Positions 20,907-32,316 are shown, counted from the first letter of the stretch. The stretch is DNA of 64,000 nucleotides from an uncultured Planctomycetaceae bacterium (GCA_963813715.1 CAWFAK010000003.1:1-64000); one strand, 5' to 3'. The notes: a model not told the origin generated them from the sequence alone. A program made the numbers and translations.

Positions 20907-21848
20907 ATGTCACACGCACACGCCCCGATCGCTCACGGTGCTCCGCCCCTGAAGATGGGATTGCCCATCCCCAACTCGAAGCTGGGAATGTGGCTGTTCC
21001 TCGGCACCGAAATCATGTTCTTTACGGCGTTCATCGGCACGTACATCGTGCTGCGGCTCGGCTCGCCCGACTGGCCACACGATCCGAACGTGACCCACAT
21101 TCGCATCTGGGCGGGCGGCCTCAACACGTTCGTGCTGCTGGCGTCGAGTTACCTGGTCGTCGTCGCCCACGAATCGATGGTGGCCCGCAACATCCCGCGA
21201 GCGAAGATGTACCTGACCGGCACATTTGCGCTCGCCTGCCTCTTCTTGGGCATCAAGAGCTACGAATACTACGGAAAGTGGCAGCACGACATTCTTCCCG
21301 GTCACATCGCCGAGGACGACTTCCAGGCGATGACCAAGACGCTCGACGACTTCGATCGGACCCTCAATCGTCAGTACGCGAGTTGGGTGCCCGATTCGGA
21401 AGCCGCTCGTCTGGCCGACAAACGCGCGGTGATCGACTCCAAGACCAAAGACGCGTCGTCGGAAACGCGGGCGAAGATTGACGCCCTCAAATCGCTCGAC
21501 AAGGAATATTTGGCGCTCCTCGCCCAGCACAAAGAGCTCAAGCTGCAGCTCGTGCCGCTTTCCGAAAAAATCGAGAAGCTCAAAACCAATCCGGAGTATG
21601 CCGGCTTGATGGGCGACCTGGAGGCCCATCATCCGATCAAGTACGGCAATCTGTTTGCTTCGTCCTACTTTTTGATGACCGGATTTCACGCGATCCACGT
21701 CATTGTGGGATTGATTCTGTTCGCGATCCCGCTGTGGGTCATCTCGCTGGACCACCGCTGGACCGATTACATCGAGAACTGCGGCCTGTATTGGCACTTC
21801 GTCGACCTGGTGTGGATCTTCCTGTTTCCGCTGATCTACATCATTTAG
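20907..21848 (+). CDS. coxC: cytochrome c oxidase subunit III with a large soluble insertion
   Basis: [31 protein letters not shown] and [11 protein letters not shown]. Confidence 0.93.
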   Translation: MSHAHAPIAHGAPPLKMGLPIPNSKLGMWLFLGTEIMFFTAFIGTYIVLRLGSPDWPHDPNVTHIRIWAGGLNTFVLLASSYLVVVAHESMVARNIPRAKMYLTGTFALACLFLGIKSYEYYGKWQHDILPGHIAEDDFQAMTKTLDDFDRTLNRQYASWVPDSEAARLADKRAVIDSKTKDASSETRAKIDALKSLDKEYLALLAQHKELKLQLVPLSEKIEKLKTNPEYAGLMGDLEAHHPIKYGNLFASSYFLMTGFHAIHVIVGLILFAIPLWVISLDHRWTDYIENCGLYWHFVDLVWIFLFPLIYII

Positions 21849-21949
21849 TGCCGACGAAGAGTTTGGCGCTGTCGCAGCGACGACACACGAAAACTAGAAC
21901 CGGCGGCCTGACAACCGCCGCTCGCCGGGTGAGAGTAAGGATCGGGATT

Positions 21950-22369
21950 ATGACCGACGGTCATTCGACGGACATTCATCACGACTCGCACGCCCCGCAC
22001 CACGTCTGGTATTTCGGCGTGTTCGCGTGCCTGTGCGTCCTGACCATGCTTTCGGTGCTCTTCGATGTGTTCAAGATCGAAGGCCACACCACGATCGGCG
22101 GGATTAACCTGCTCTTGGCAGTGCTCGTCCTCTCGGTCGCCACGGCCAAGGCGCTTTTCGTGATGACTTACTTCATGCACCTCAAATTCGAGGGCCGTTG
22201 GAAGTTTCTGCTCTTAAGTCCCACGGTCATCCTTGCCCTGGGGCTGCCGCTGGCTCTGCTGCCCGACGTCGGCGTGCATTACTACCCGACCGACATTCCG
22301 CAGAATTCGGTCCACGCGACGGAACAATCGCACACGCCGTTGGAGACGACGTCCGAAAGCCCGCACTGA
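21950..22369 (+). CDS. cytochrome c oxidase subunit IV family protein
   Basis: 'KALFVMTYFMHLKFE' motif; 3 TM helices; follows coxC. Confidence 0.88.
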   Translation: MTDGHSTDIHHDSHAPHHVWYFGVFACLCVLTMLSVLFDVFKIEGHTTIGGINLLLAVLVLSVATAKALFVMTYFMHLKFEGRWKFLLLSPTVILALGLPLALLPDVGVHYYPTDIPQNSVHATEQSHTPLETTSESPH

Positions 22370-23307
22370 TGGGACCCGCGCCCGCGATCGAAGTTCGGGG
22401 CTTAAGCCACTCGTACGGCGAACGCCGCGCACTGGACGGAGTCGAGTTCTCGGTCGAGGCCGGCACGATCTTCGGCTTGCTCGGCCCCAACGGCGGCGGC
22501 AAGACGACTCTCTTTCGGCTGCTGAGCACGCTCTTGCCCATTCAAGCGGGGCAGGCCCGCGTCCTTGGGCTCGATTTGGCGCGAGAGTCGAACGAGGTGC
22601 GGAAGCACATCGGCGTGACGTTTCAATCGCCCAGCATCGATCCCAAGCTCACTGTGGGGGAAAACCTCAAGTACCAGGGGCAGATCTACGGCCTCTTTGG
22701 CGCTGCGCTGCGGCAGAGGATTGACTTGCTCGCTGAAAAGCTAGGATTGAAAGAGAGACTCGGCGAACGGGCCGAGACCCTCTCGGGCGGCCTCAAACGT
22801 CGCGTTGAGATTGCCAAGGGACTGTTGCATCGGCCGCAGTTGCTGTTGCTCGACGAACCCAGCACCGGGCTCGACCCCGGCGCCCGCCACGACTTGTGGC
22901 GTTACCTCCGCGGCCTGCGCGAAGAGGACGGCGTGACCGTGCTCGTGACAACGCACTTGATGGAAGAGGCCGAGCGCTGCGACACGCTGGGCATCCTGGA
23001 TCATGGCCGGCTGATCGCGCTCGACACGCCGCTGGCTCTGCGGACGAAGCTGGGCGACGATTACGTGACGGTGCAATGCGATGACCCGGACGAACTTTCC
23101 CAGCGGATTCACGAGCGGTTCGGCGTGACGCCGCAGAAGATCGGCGGTGCTTTGCGAATTGGCAAGAGCCGCGGACACGAATTTGTGCGCGACCTGGTCG
23201 AGGCGTTTCCGGTCGAGGTGAAGACCGTGTCGTTGGGCAAGCCGACGCTCGAGGACGTCTTCATCGAGCGGACGGGGCACCGGTTTTGGGACGAGGAACC
23301 GCAATGA
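22369..23307 (+). CDS. ABC transporter ATP-binding protein (DrrA-like)
   Basis: GPNGGGKT, LSGG, LLLLDEP, TTH and PTLEDVF; TGATG overlap with subunit IV gene. Confidence 0.93.
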   Translation: MGPAPAIEVRGLSHSYGERRALDGVEFSVEAGTIFGLLGPNGGGKTTLFRLLSTLLPIQAGQARVLGLDLARESNEVRKHIGVTFQSPSIDPKLTVGENLKYQGQIYGLFGAALRQRIDLLAEKLGLKERLGERAETLSGGLKRRVEIAKGLLHRPQLLLLDEPSTGLDPGARHDLWRYLRGLREEDGVTVLVTTHLMEEAERCDTLGILDHGRLIALDTPLALRTKLGDDYVTVQCDDPDELSQRIHERFGVTPQKIGGALRIGKSRGHEFVRDLVEAFPVEVKTVSLGKPTLEDVFIERTGHRFWDEEPQ

Positions 23308-24225
23308 CGACGACGGCCGCACGGCTTGCCGAAGCGCGGAACCCGCCGAGCGCGGGGGACGCGCACGGCGTTGCTGCGCCGTCCGTCGGCTTTTGGCTGC
23401 CGGCCTGGTCATTGGCGAGCCGCGAGCTGGTTCGCTTTTTTCGACAGCGAACGCGAGTCGTCGGCGCACTTGGGCAGCCGTTCATCTTCTGGGTGCTCTT
23501 CGGGGCCGGCTTGGGCGGCACATTTCGCGCCGGCCTGGGCGCCACCCGGGATGAGCTACCAGGAATATTTTCTGCCCGGAGTCGCCGTGCTGATCGTGCT
23601 CTTCACGGCCATCTTCTCCACGATTTCGATCATCGAGGATCGGCGGGAGGGGTTTTTGCAGGCGGTGCTCGTGGCTCCGTTGCCGCGCGCCTCGCTGGTG
23701 ATGGGCAAGGTGATGGGGGGGACGGCGCTGGCGGTGATTCAGGCGGCCCTGTTCTTGCTCTTGGGGCCGCTCTTGTGGCTGGTCGGACTGTCGCCGCACA
23801 TGAGCCTGTCGGTCTCGGCCGTCGACGCCTTAGGGATTCTCGCCTTCTTGGTGTTGCAGGGTTTCGCGCTCACGGCGCTCGGGTACGTGATGGCCTGGCC
23901 GCTCGATTCGACGCAGGGCTATCACGCGCTGATGAGCGTGTTGTTGATGCCGATGTGGCTGTTGTCGGGGGCCTTTTTTCCCGTGCCCGAGTCGGGCTGG
24001 CTGGCCTGGGTGATGCGGGTGAACCCGCTGACCTATGGAGTCGTCGGCCTGCAGCGGATTCTGTTTGCTCACGCCGAGCAGGCGGCGGGTACCGGTTCGG
24101 CGTCGGCGCAGGCCGGCCTGCCCAGCATCGCCACGTGTCTGGCCGTCACGGCGCTCTTTTGCGTCGTGGCTTTTGCGGCGGCGGTCTGGCTCACCGGTCG
24201 CCGCTCCGTGCGCAACGCGCGCTAG
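23304..24225 (+). CDS. ABC-2 type permease (frameshift near 23530)
   Basis: RELVRFFRQR, EDRREGFL, LSGAFFP and NPLTY; ATGA overlap. Confidence 0.9.
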
Positions 24226-24243
24226 AAAAGTTTTGCGTTCGTC

Positions 24244-25145
24244 ATGTCGCAGCAGTTGAACGATTCGGTTGCGGAGAACGGCCCAGCGCCCACCGCGGGT
24301 GATGGACCGAAACGCGGCGCCACCGACGGCGGCCGCAGGACGCGGATCGTGCTGGGGCTCGTCCTGTGGGCGATCGCACTGGTGATGGGTTATTTCGTCT
24401 GGCAGGCGTCCCGACAACTGCGTGCGACGATGCAGGCGCGAGCCCAGCAACCGTCGACGCAGACGCCGCCCGGCTTCGCCGCCATCCCCGCGACCGCCGC
24501 GAAGGACGCCGACACCCAGTCGCCGCCGAATTCGCCGTCCAATTCTTCAGCTAATCCACCCCTGTGGGACCAGACGGGCATTCAGGACTTCGCGTTTACC
24601 GAGCGCAGCGGCAAGAAGGTCACAAAGGCCGACCTGCTCGGACATCCGTGGCTGATTTCGTTCATCTTCACTCGCTGTGCCGGCCCATGTCCGAAGGTGA
24701 GCGGACGATTTAGCGAGTTGCAGAAGCTGTTGGTCGGCACCGATGTGAAGCTCGTCACGCTGACCGTCGATCCCGACTTCGACAGGCCCGACGTGCTGAC
24801 GCGCTACGCCCAGGCGTTCGGAGCCGACCCGAATCGCTGGCTGTACCTCACGGGCGATAAGCAAAAGACCTATCGGCTGATCAACGAGAGCTTCAAGATG
24901 CCGGTCCAGGAGACGACTGGAGCCAATCGCGAGCCGGGTTACGAAGTGCTGCACTCCGTCAACATTCTCCGCGTGAACGAGAAGGGGGTGGTCGTCGCGA
25001 AGTACAACGCCCTGAACGACGTCGACATCGCCCGCCTCGAACACGATCTGGCCCCCGACATCGCGAAGGCCAAGGCCCATCGCGGCGAGTCGTCGGCGCC
25101 ACCTTCCGCGCCGCATCGGCGCCGGCAAAGGGGGCACCCCGGTGA
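24244..25145 (+). CDS. SCO family copper chaperone (probable frameshift near 25110)
   Basis: TM anchor; FTRCAGPCP (CxxxC), TVDPDFD and distal His (VLHS); probably ends at TGA 25143-25145 overlapping the next GTG, but fusion to DUF420 is not excluded. Confidence 0.85.
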
Positions 25146-25603
25146 ACGTCCCCGGATGGGTGCGCTTCCTGCCACACTTAAACGGCAGCCTGAACGGCTT
25201 GTCGCTGATCTTGCTGTTGGGCGGATTTGCGATGATCCGCGGCGGCCGCGTGCGGGCGCACAAACGAGCCATGCTGTCCGCGTTTGCGGCCTCAATCGCG
25301 TTTTTGGCTTTTTATCTCCTTTACCATTTCGCGCTCGGTTACTACACGGGGAGCGGTTCGCGGGCGTTCATCGGCACCGGCTTAATTCGCAATGTCTATT
25401 TGACGATCTTGTTGACACACATTGTGCTGGCGTTCTTCGTGCCGTTTTTGGCACTGCGGATGATCTATCTGGCCGCCAAGGGACGCTTTGCCGCGCATCG
25501 CAGCTGGGCGAAGGTGACGTTTCCGGTTTGGGTTTACGTATCGGCCACAGGCGTTATCATTTACGCAATGCTGTATCACTTGCCCGCTGGTTGGGGCAGT
25601 TGA
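25142..25603 (+). CDS. DUF420 (CtaM-like) membrane protein
   Basis: LPHLNGSLN, AHKRAM, YLTILLTHIVLA and WVYVSATGVIIY. Confidence 0.88.
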   Translation: MNVPGWVRFLPHLNGSLNGLSLILLLGGFAMIRGGRVRAHKRAMLSAFAASIAFLAFYLLYHFALGYYTGSGSRAFIGTGLIRNVYLTILLTHIVLAFFVPFLALRMIYLAAKGRFAAHRSWAKVTFPVWVYVSATGVIIYAMLYHLPAGWGS

Positions 25604-25617
25604 GCGGAGGATTGGAC

Positions 25618-25989
25618 GTGCGAGTGCGGACCTGGATGCTGACGTTAATCGCGGGGCTTTTGCTCTGTCTGTCGGCGGCGACGCCGGCGTCCGCCTGCCC
25701 GATGTGCAAGCTGGCCAACGAGACTGACAGCCGTTTGCCCCGCGCCTACATGTACAGCATCCTGTTTATGCTGGGCATGCCCATGACCGTTCTGAGCGGC
25801 TTCGGCATCGGATTCTGGCGGTTGTCACGCAAGGCGGCCCAGCTGCAACGCGAAGCGATGGAACAGGCAGTGGCTGGTGCGAGCGATCCCGCCGTGCAAG
25901 CCGTCCAAGACGCCGAACCACGCGCCGCCTCGCCCGTGCAAAACGGCCCGCAACTCGGCCGGCCTGGTGCCGGCTTCGTCTTCCCGTAG
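25618..25989 (+). CDS. small membrane protein with ACPMC motif after the signal peptide
   Basis: GGAGG RBS; signal peptide ending ASA, then CPMC and a TM helix (YSILFMLGMP). Confidence 0.75.
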   Translation: MRVRTWMLTLIAGLLLCLSAATPASACPMCKLANETDSRLPRAYMYSILFMLGMPMTVLSGFGIGFWRLSRKAAQLQREAMEQAVAGASDPAVQAVQDAEPRAASPVQNGPQLGRPGAGFVFP

Positions 25990-26099
25990 ACGGGGTTGCC
26001 GCGTCGCGGTGCTGTTTCTCAATCGAGACGGAGTGTTCGCGCGCTGCCGTTGCGTGCCGAAGCGACGGGGCCATTCGCCGTGGCGTTCCACTTACGAGA

Positions 26100-26504
26100 T
26101 CATTCCTTGGCCGGGTCGAACCCGGTCGGATCGACGTAGTAGTCGATCGCCAGCCAGAGCGAGCGCGCGTAGCGAAAGAAATAGAGCGGGAAGAGCATGC
26201 AAAACCCCGCCAACGGGGCCGCCAGGGACGTGTTGCTCCAGCCCACGCCAAAGTGCAGGGCGAAATAAGCGACCATGACGGCGATGACCGTCGCGCCGTA
26301 ATTGATGTAGGTCGATCCGAGAAAATATCCGGGAGCGCGCTCGTAATGCAGGCGGCAGTGCGGGCACGCCTCGTGCATGCGAAACCAGCCGGCAAACAGG
26401 CGGCGTTGTCCGCAGCGGGGGCAGCGCAGGCGGAGAGCCCGGCCGAGGATTTCCCCCAGCGTTGCCCGCGGAACCGTCGATTCGGTGGGGGGGTTCGTGG
26501 TCAT
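26100..26504 (-). CDS. DUF983 domain protein
   Basis: RCPRCGQ.RLF...CPHC.L.YER..GYF followed by two TM helices. Confidence 0.85.
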   Translation of the reverse strand: MTTNPPTESTVPRATLGEILGRALRLRCPRCGQRRLFAGWFRMHEACPHCRLHYERAPGYFLGSTYINYGATVIAVMVAYFALHFGVGWSNTSLAAPLAGFCMLFPLYFFRYARSLWLAIDYYVDPTGFDPAKE

Positions 26505-26644
26505 GAGGTTCGGAGGGCAATCTTAATCAGTCCGCCGCTCAGTGCGCACCGATATTGCCGATTTAACCCCGACTCCCACGAAAACGTATCGGCTGAATTC
26601 GCCGAGGCCCGCGTTTTATAGGCGAAGTGTTTCCGGGCTCGGCG

Positions 26645-29571
26645 TCATGACTTCGGCGGTTCGCTGGGGAGCGTTCGCGGTTCGGGCCGATGTGCCCGCC
26701 GGGTCGGCGGCGTGCGGTCCGCGGTGGTGCGTTTGCCCGCGGTCTCCCAATTCTCGCCGACTTTCCAGCGCAGGTTCAAGATTCGCGAGCCGCCGATTTG
26801 CTGCGCCCGCAATTGCAGCTCCTGCCCGCGGAGCGATTCGGCGTCGGGTAGCGTGTAGACCTGCGTGTCGCGGCCGCTGCCCAGCTTCGTGACGATTCGC
26901 TGCATCCGCTTGCGGTTTGGGATGTAAAGATTGCACTCGAAGTTGAGCCGCTCTTCCGGCTTCGTATTGTTGACGATCAGTTGTTTGATCTGCAGGTCGC
27001 CGTTCTCCAGCTTTGAATCGACGACGGAAAAGACGACATCCCCCAGGCCCACTTCGTATTCTCGATAGACGCGAAACGCATAAGGCGACATCGCGAAATC
27101 GAGCACGATCCGCTGACTGCCCAGGCTCGTGTTGGAGGGAAGTTCGAGCGTGATCGGAATGTCGTATTTTTCGCCGGCCGCCAGCGAGAACCGCGCCTCG
27201 GGCGGTTCAACCTTCCAGTCCTTGGGCACCATAATCCGCACTTGCCCGTTGACGCCCTGGTGAAACGTGTTGATGCCGTGAATGATTTCGCGCTGCTTGC
27301 CGGTTTTGCTGGGGAGCCGCCCTTTCTCGAACGAGACGGCCGCCATCCACCGCGCGATCTGTTCCGGAAAGTGACGAATGACGAGCGGACTGGGTCCGAC
27401 GCGCAACTTCTGCCGCGACCCGTTGGCATTTGTGGTGAGATGAATCCGTCGGCCGAGCACGTCGGTGACGATTGACTCTTCGCTCAGATACAGGTCTTCG
27501 TCCACCGGCTCGTGGTTCCAAACAACAATCGCCACGTCCCCTCTGCGGGAGAAGGCAAAGTTGCGGCTCCCTTCGGGGAGATTGAACGAGCCGATGAATT
27601 CGGCCCCCTGCAGGGCCATGGCCGTTGTCCGCCAGGGAAGGAACAGGGGAGACGGTGAGCCGCCGGGAGCCAATAGTCCGCAATCTTCGTCGAAGACGTC
27701 GTCGATGAAGATCTTTTCCGCGCCGCCGATCTTGGCTTCGACCATTTTTTTGACCAGATCGCTGCCCCGCTCGTCGGCCGTGAATCCCGATTTGGGCAAC
27801 GGTTTGACGAGCACCCAGCGCTCGGGCGAGCCGGCGGCAGCCAGCGCTTTCAACTTCGACCCCAGCTCGTTCTCCTTGAGCTGCTGCCGCGTGCCGATCG
27901 AAAGGAAGATCCCGCGGACGTCGCCACGGCGGGGCGGGGGCGTCTCCCAATTCCAGTGGACGCCGATTCGCGTGTCGCGGCCGATGCGGTCGAATTCGTT
28001 CTTGACCCGCGCGATGGTCTGCGACGAGGTTCTGCGCGGACATGCCGACAAAACTTTCGTCGCCTTCTTCGCCCAGCTGCCAATAGCGAACGTGCGAGGA
28101 GTAGCGGGCGATCACCTTTTCGATCGACTCGCGCCAAAACTCGGTCCGCATGGTGAAGAGCTCGCTGATGCCCGTCCAGTCGCGGGCAAACTGGCTACGG
28201 AGCTCGGCGGGCGGCTCGTTGAGCAAGCCGACCGCCGTGATGTGTTTGAGGGACAGCTCCTCGAAGAACGCCGAAATCTGGGCCGGCGTGGGTGTCGCAC
28301 CGGGGCTCGTTCCGATGGTGCCTGTCGTCGAGCTTCCGTCCGACACCGAGTTCCACAGCGGATACTTGAGCCAGTTGATGCCCGCTTGCGACGCCAGTTC
28401 GGCCAGCTCCTTGAGCGCGGGCATGTCGCTGGCGCGCCGGATCGTCCAGCCGAACTCCCCTTGGTCGACCATGTCGGAAAGGGTGTCCATCACGGCAAAC
28501 GAAGTTCGCTTGGTGAGGATCGGCCGTGCCGTCCTGGCTGAGCACGGCCTCGACGGCATAGAAGCCGTGCGGCTGAGCACCGAGCGTCCAGTCGATGGGT
28601 TTTTCCTTCTTCGTGCGCAGATCGACTGCCGCGACAGTCTGGGGCGGTGCTGGCTGCCCCGAACGAGGCGGCTCCGGCTGCGCGGGGCGGCGCGAGAGAT
28701 CGAACGCCGTGGCCGCGACCTGCTTTCGTTCGGCATCGGTGACCGCAATGTCCAAGCGGTACGCCCGCCGCGGGTCGAGCCCGTCGACGTGCGAGCTGAT
28801 CACAACGGGCGAATCGTGCTCGCGAAAATGCGATTGAAAGTTGCTGTCGAGCGAGAACAGCGGCAGCTCGCCCATCCACAAATCGTCGAACCAGGCAGCG
28901 CCGCGAATGTCGGAACGGTTCCGCGGGACGAGATGGCAGCCGACGGCGACAAAGTGGACGTCGTCGTGCGGCACGATTGGTCCGATCGTCACCAGGCACC
29001 AGTCTTTATAGGTGCCCGTCACGGGTTTCGTGAGGTACCGCTGCACGCGCTGTCGCTTGTGGTTCAACAGCGAAATCGAGACCAGAGCCGCGTCGTTGTC
29101 GAGCATCTGCGTGCGGACGTAGCCGCGAAAAACGTACGAGTGATAGGGATCGACGACGATCGGCTTGGAGTACATCGTGATCCGGCCGCCGTTGGCCTTG
29201 AAGCACAGGCTGGATCCCTTGGCGCCGTGTCCCCGTTCGCGGTCGATCGCGCCCTCGATGTAGCGCGGAAAGTCCGGCCCTTTGCGGCGGATCCAACCGT
29301 CCGGATGCCGATCGAAATCGCGATCCTCTTCCTCTTCAAAGCCGAAGTGAAAAACTTCGACGGCTCCCTCGAACGGATCGCCGCTGGCGGCGCCCGTCAG
29401 GGCCGGTTTCGTGACGGCCGGCGCGGTGGCGGCCGGCGCGTCTGTCGCAGGGTCAGACGGAGCCGGGTCAGTTGGAGCTTCAACGCTCGTGCTCGGCGCC
29501 GGTTCATCCTGCGCGATCTCCGGATTGGCGCCGACTAACAGCAGGCACGCGGCCAGGAATAACGTAAACAT
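26645..29571 (-). CDS. large secreted hypothetical protein (about 970 aa; frameshifts near 28510 and 28030)
   Basis: signal peptide MFTLFLAACLLLVGA; carbohydrate-binding-like N-domain (GAAWFDD); 'YWQLGEE' segment; C-terminal NEW3-like 'VPKDWKVEP'; joined from three ORFs. Confidence 0.7.
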
Positions 29572-29807
29572 GGGGTGCGTTTGGGAAAGGATGCCGATCG
29601 TAACCATCGCTCAAGATCGGCCGAATTGCGCGGCCGTCTCGATGCAAGATCCGGTGAGGCCGATTGGCGCGGGTTTACCGGTTATAATGCTGCGAGCGCG
29701 ATGGCGAAGGCGGGAGCGCTTGGCGTCCGGCTCCGGGCCGGAATCACAAACAAAAAGCCATAACCAGCGGGCCGCTCGCCTGGATCGCAAAGCAGAATGT
29801 CGTCTCG

Positions 29808-30593
29808 ATGAGGCCGCTTCCAATCGCAATTGCCACGCGTTGCCTGGGCCAGCCGCTCAAGCCTGCGCTCGTTCTGGCCGCCCAGTTGGGCGCCGCGGGC
29901 GTCCAACTCGACTGCCGCAATGAATTGAAGCCCGACGAGCTGTCGGCCACCGGACGCCGCGAACTCCTGCATCGAGTCGAGGAGATGCGGCTGTCGATCG
30001 CCTCGCTCGACTTTCCGCTGAAGCGCGGGCTGCTCGATCCCGATCGCCTCGACGCGCGCGTTGCGGCCCTCAAGCAGGCGATGGACTTTGCTTCGTTGCT
30101 TCGCTGTCGCGTGCTGACGGTGCGGCTGGGCGGGTTGCCTTCCAAGAGCGAGGACCGACCGGAATTCGCGTTGGCGGTGCTTAACGATCTGGCCGGGCAC
30201 GGCAATCATGTCGGCGTGACACTCGCACTTGGACCCGGTGGAGAGCCTGCCGACACGCTGCTCGAGCTCTTGGGAGGAGTCTCGGCAGGTCCGTTGGGAA
30301 TTAACTTCGATCCGGTCTCCCAGGTTTCGGCCGGCCGTTCGCCAACCGAGGCTTTGGCCGAGTGGGGGACACTTCTCACGCATCTGATGGTCCGTGACGC
30401 GACGCGAGCCGGTGACGGCATGGCGACGGAGGTGCCGGTCGGCCGTGGCGAAGTGGCGTGGCAGGAACTGCTGGCGGTCGCTTACGAACTCGACTATCGC
30501 GGCTGGTTCTGCGTCGATCGCACGCTGGGTGACGACCGGGCCGGAGACGCGGCACGCGCGATCGAATATCTCCACGCCGTGCACCTCGGCTAG
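29808..30593 (+). CDS. sugar phosphate isomerase/epimerase (xylose isomerase-like TIM barrel)
   Basis: INFDP, HLMVRDA, EVPVGRGEVAW and DYRGWF. Confidence 0.8.
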   Translation: MRPLPIAIATRCLGQPLKPALVLAAQLGAAGVQLDCRNELKPDELSATGRRELLHRVEEMRLSIASLDFPLKRGLLDPDRLDARVAALKQAMDFASLLRCRVLTVRLGGLPSKSEDRPEFALAVLNDLAGHGNHVGVTLALGPGGEPADTLLELLGGVSAGPLGINFDPVSQVSAGRSPTEALAEWGTLLTHLMVRDATRAGDGMATEVPVGRGEVAWQELLAVAYELDYRGWFCVDRTLGDDRAGDAARAIEYLHAVHLG

Positions 30594-30616
30594 CGATCTA
30601 GCGGCAAGGAAGAAAC

Positions 30617-31820
30617 GTGGCCGAGCAGGAAGTGCTCTCGATCACCGAGCTTTCGCGGCGTCTCAAGGCGCTCGTCGAACTGAGTTTCCCCTATGTGTGC
30701 GTCGAGGGGGAGATTTCCAATTTTTCCCGCGCGTCCTCGGGTCACGCCTACTTCACGCTGAAGGACGAGAACGCCCAGATTCGTGCCGTGCTCTGGCGCA
30801 GTGCCGCCCAGCGCGTGCGATTCGACCTGCACGACGGTTTGCACGTCGTGGCCGTGGGCCCGGTCGAGGTCTACGTTGCCCGCGGAAGCTATCAACTGGT
30901 CGTCGAGCGGCTGGTGCCGCAGGGGATCGGCCCGCTCGAGCTGGCGTTTCGGCAGCGCTACGAAAAACTGGCTGCGCAAGGGCTGTTTGCCCAGGAGCGC
31001 AAACGGGCCTTGCCGCGGTTTCCCCGGCGGATCGCGCTGGTGACCAGCCCGACGGGGGCCGCCGTCCGCGATTTGTTGCAGGTGATCACACGTCGCTGGC
31101 CAGCTTGCGATCTCGTTATCGTTCCCGTGCCGGTGCAGGGAGAGCAGGCGGCGCCTGCGATCGCGGGTGGTCTGCGGGCCGCGGCCGCGCTGCCGCGAGT
31201 TGATGTGATCGTGACAGGCCGCGGCGGCGGGAGCTTGGAAGATCTGTGGGCCTTCAACGAGGAGATAGTGGCCCGCGCGATTTTCAACTCGCCGATTCCG
31301 GTGGTGAGCGCCGTCGGTCACGAGATCGACGTCACGATCGCGGATCTGGTTGCCGATCGGCGGGCGCTCACGCCCAGCGAGGCGGGCGAACTCGTCGTAC
31401 CGCAGCGGGCCGACGTTCTCTCCGACTTGGCGCACTTGGGCGTGAGGATGCAGAGCGCCGTAGCGGAGGTGGTACGCCGCCGTCGACAGGCTCTCGACGC
31501 AATGGCCGGGCGCCGCGCACTGAACCGTCCGTTCGACTTGGTGCGCGATCGCCAGCAGCGGCTCGATGAGCTGTCGCAACGCCTGGACCGGGGCATCCGC
31601 CGTCGGTTCGAACGGGCGGGGCACGAGCTCCGCGCACTCGAGTGCGCACCTCGACGCGTTGAGCCCGCTCAAAGTTCTGGGCCGCGGCTATTCGCTCACT
31701 CGCCACGAAGCGACCGGCGATCTCATCCGCCGCGCGGGCGACGTGCAGGTCGGCGAGCGGATCGGCACGGTCCTGGGCGAAGGCCGGCTCACCAGCGTCG
31801 TCGAAAGAGTGGAAGGCTGA
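30617..31820 (+). CDS. xseA: exodeoxyribonuclease VII large subunit (frameshift near 31645)
   Basis: EGEISNF..SSGHAYFTLKD, RGGGSLEDLWAFN, SAVGHEID; LSPLKVLGRGYS in the next frame. Confidence 0.95.
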
Positions 31821-31893
31821 CGCGGCGGCGGATAAAAGGAAACTAGGAGTGATGTTTCTCGTCTGCCCGTTTTGAAAATGGATTGCGCTCGTC

Positions 31894-32316
31894 ATGCCCG
31901 ATTCGACCTTCGGCGGCTGTCAGCCCGGTGAACAGAGCTTCGAGGCCTGCCTGGCCGAGTTGCAGAACATGGTCCGCCTGCTCGAAGACGGAACGCTGGG
32001 GTTGGCCGAGTCGATCGCCGGCTTCGAGCGGGGAATCGCCCTGTTGCGGCACTGCTATCGAACGCTGGAACAAGCCGAGCAAAAGATCGAGATCCTGTCG
32101 GGCTTCGACCAGGCGGGCAACGCGGTGACGGCCCCCTTCGATGCCGCGGCGACGCTGGAGTCGGGGCAGGGGACTGCCGGGCGTCGCAGGAAAAAACCGG
32201 CCGCGCCGACGCCGGAACCGGTTTCTTCGGGCGGCAGAACGCCCCGTGCCGAGTCGGAGCCCGAACCCGAACCGGGGTCTGACCTGTCTCTTCCTGACGA
32301 AGGACAGCTTTTCTAA
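31894..32316 (+). CDS. xseB: exodeoxyribonuclease VII small subunit
   Basis: SFEACLAEL...LEDG.L.LAES...FERG...C...LEQAEQKI. Confidence 0.92.
   Translation: MPDSTFGGCQPGEQSFEACLAELQNMVRLLEDGTLGLAESIAGFERGIALLRHCYRTLEQAEQKIEILSGFDQAGNAVTAPFDAAATLESGQGTAGRRRKKPAAPTPEPVSSGGRTPRAESEPEPEPGSDLSLPDEGQLF

Noticed and set aside
24244..25989. 581-aa SCO fusion ORF
   Set aside because: The middle is the off-frame reading of DUF420, and the last part has its own RBS and signal peptide
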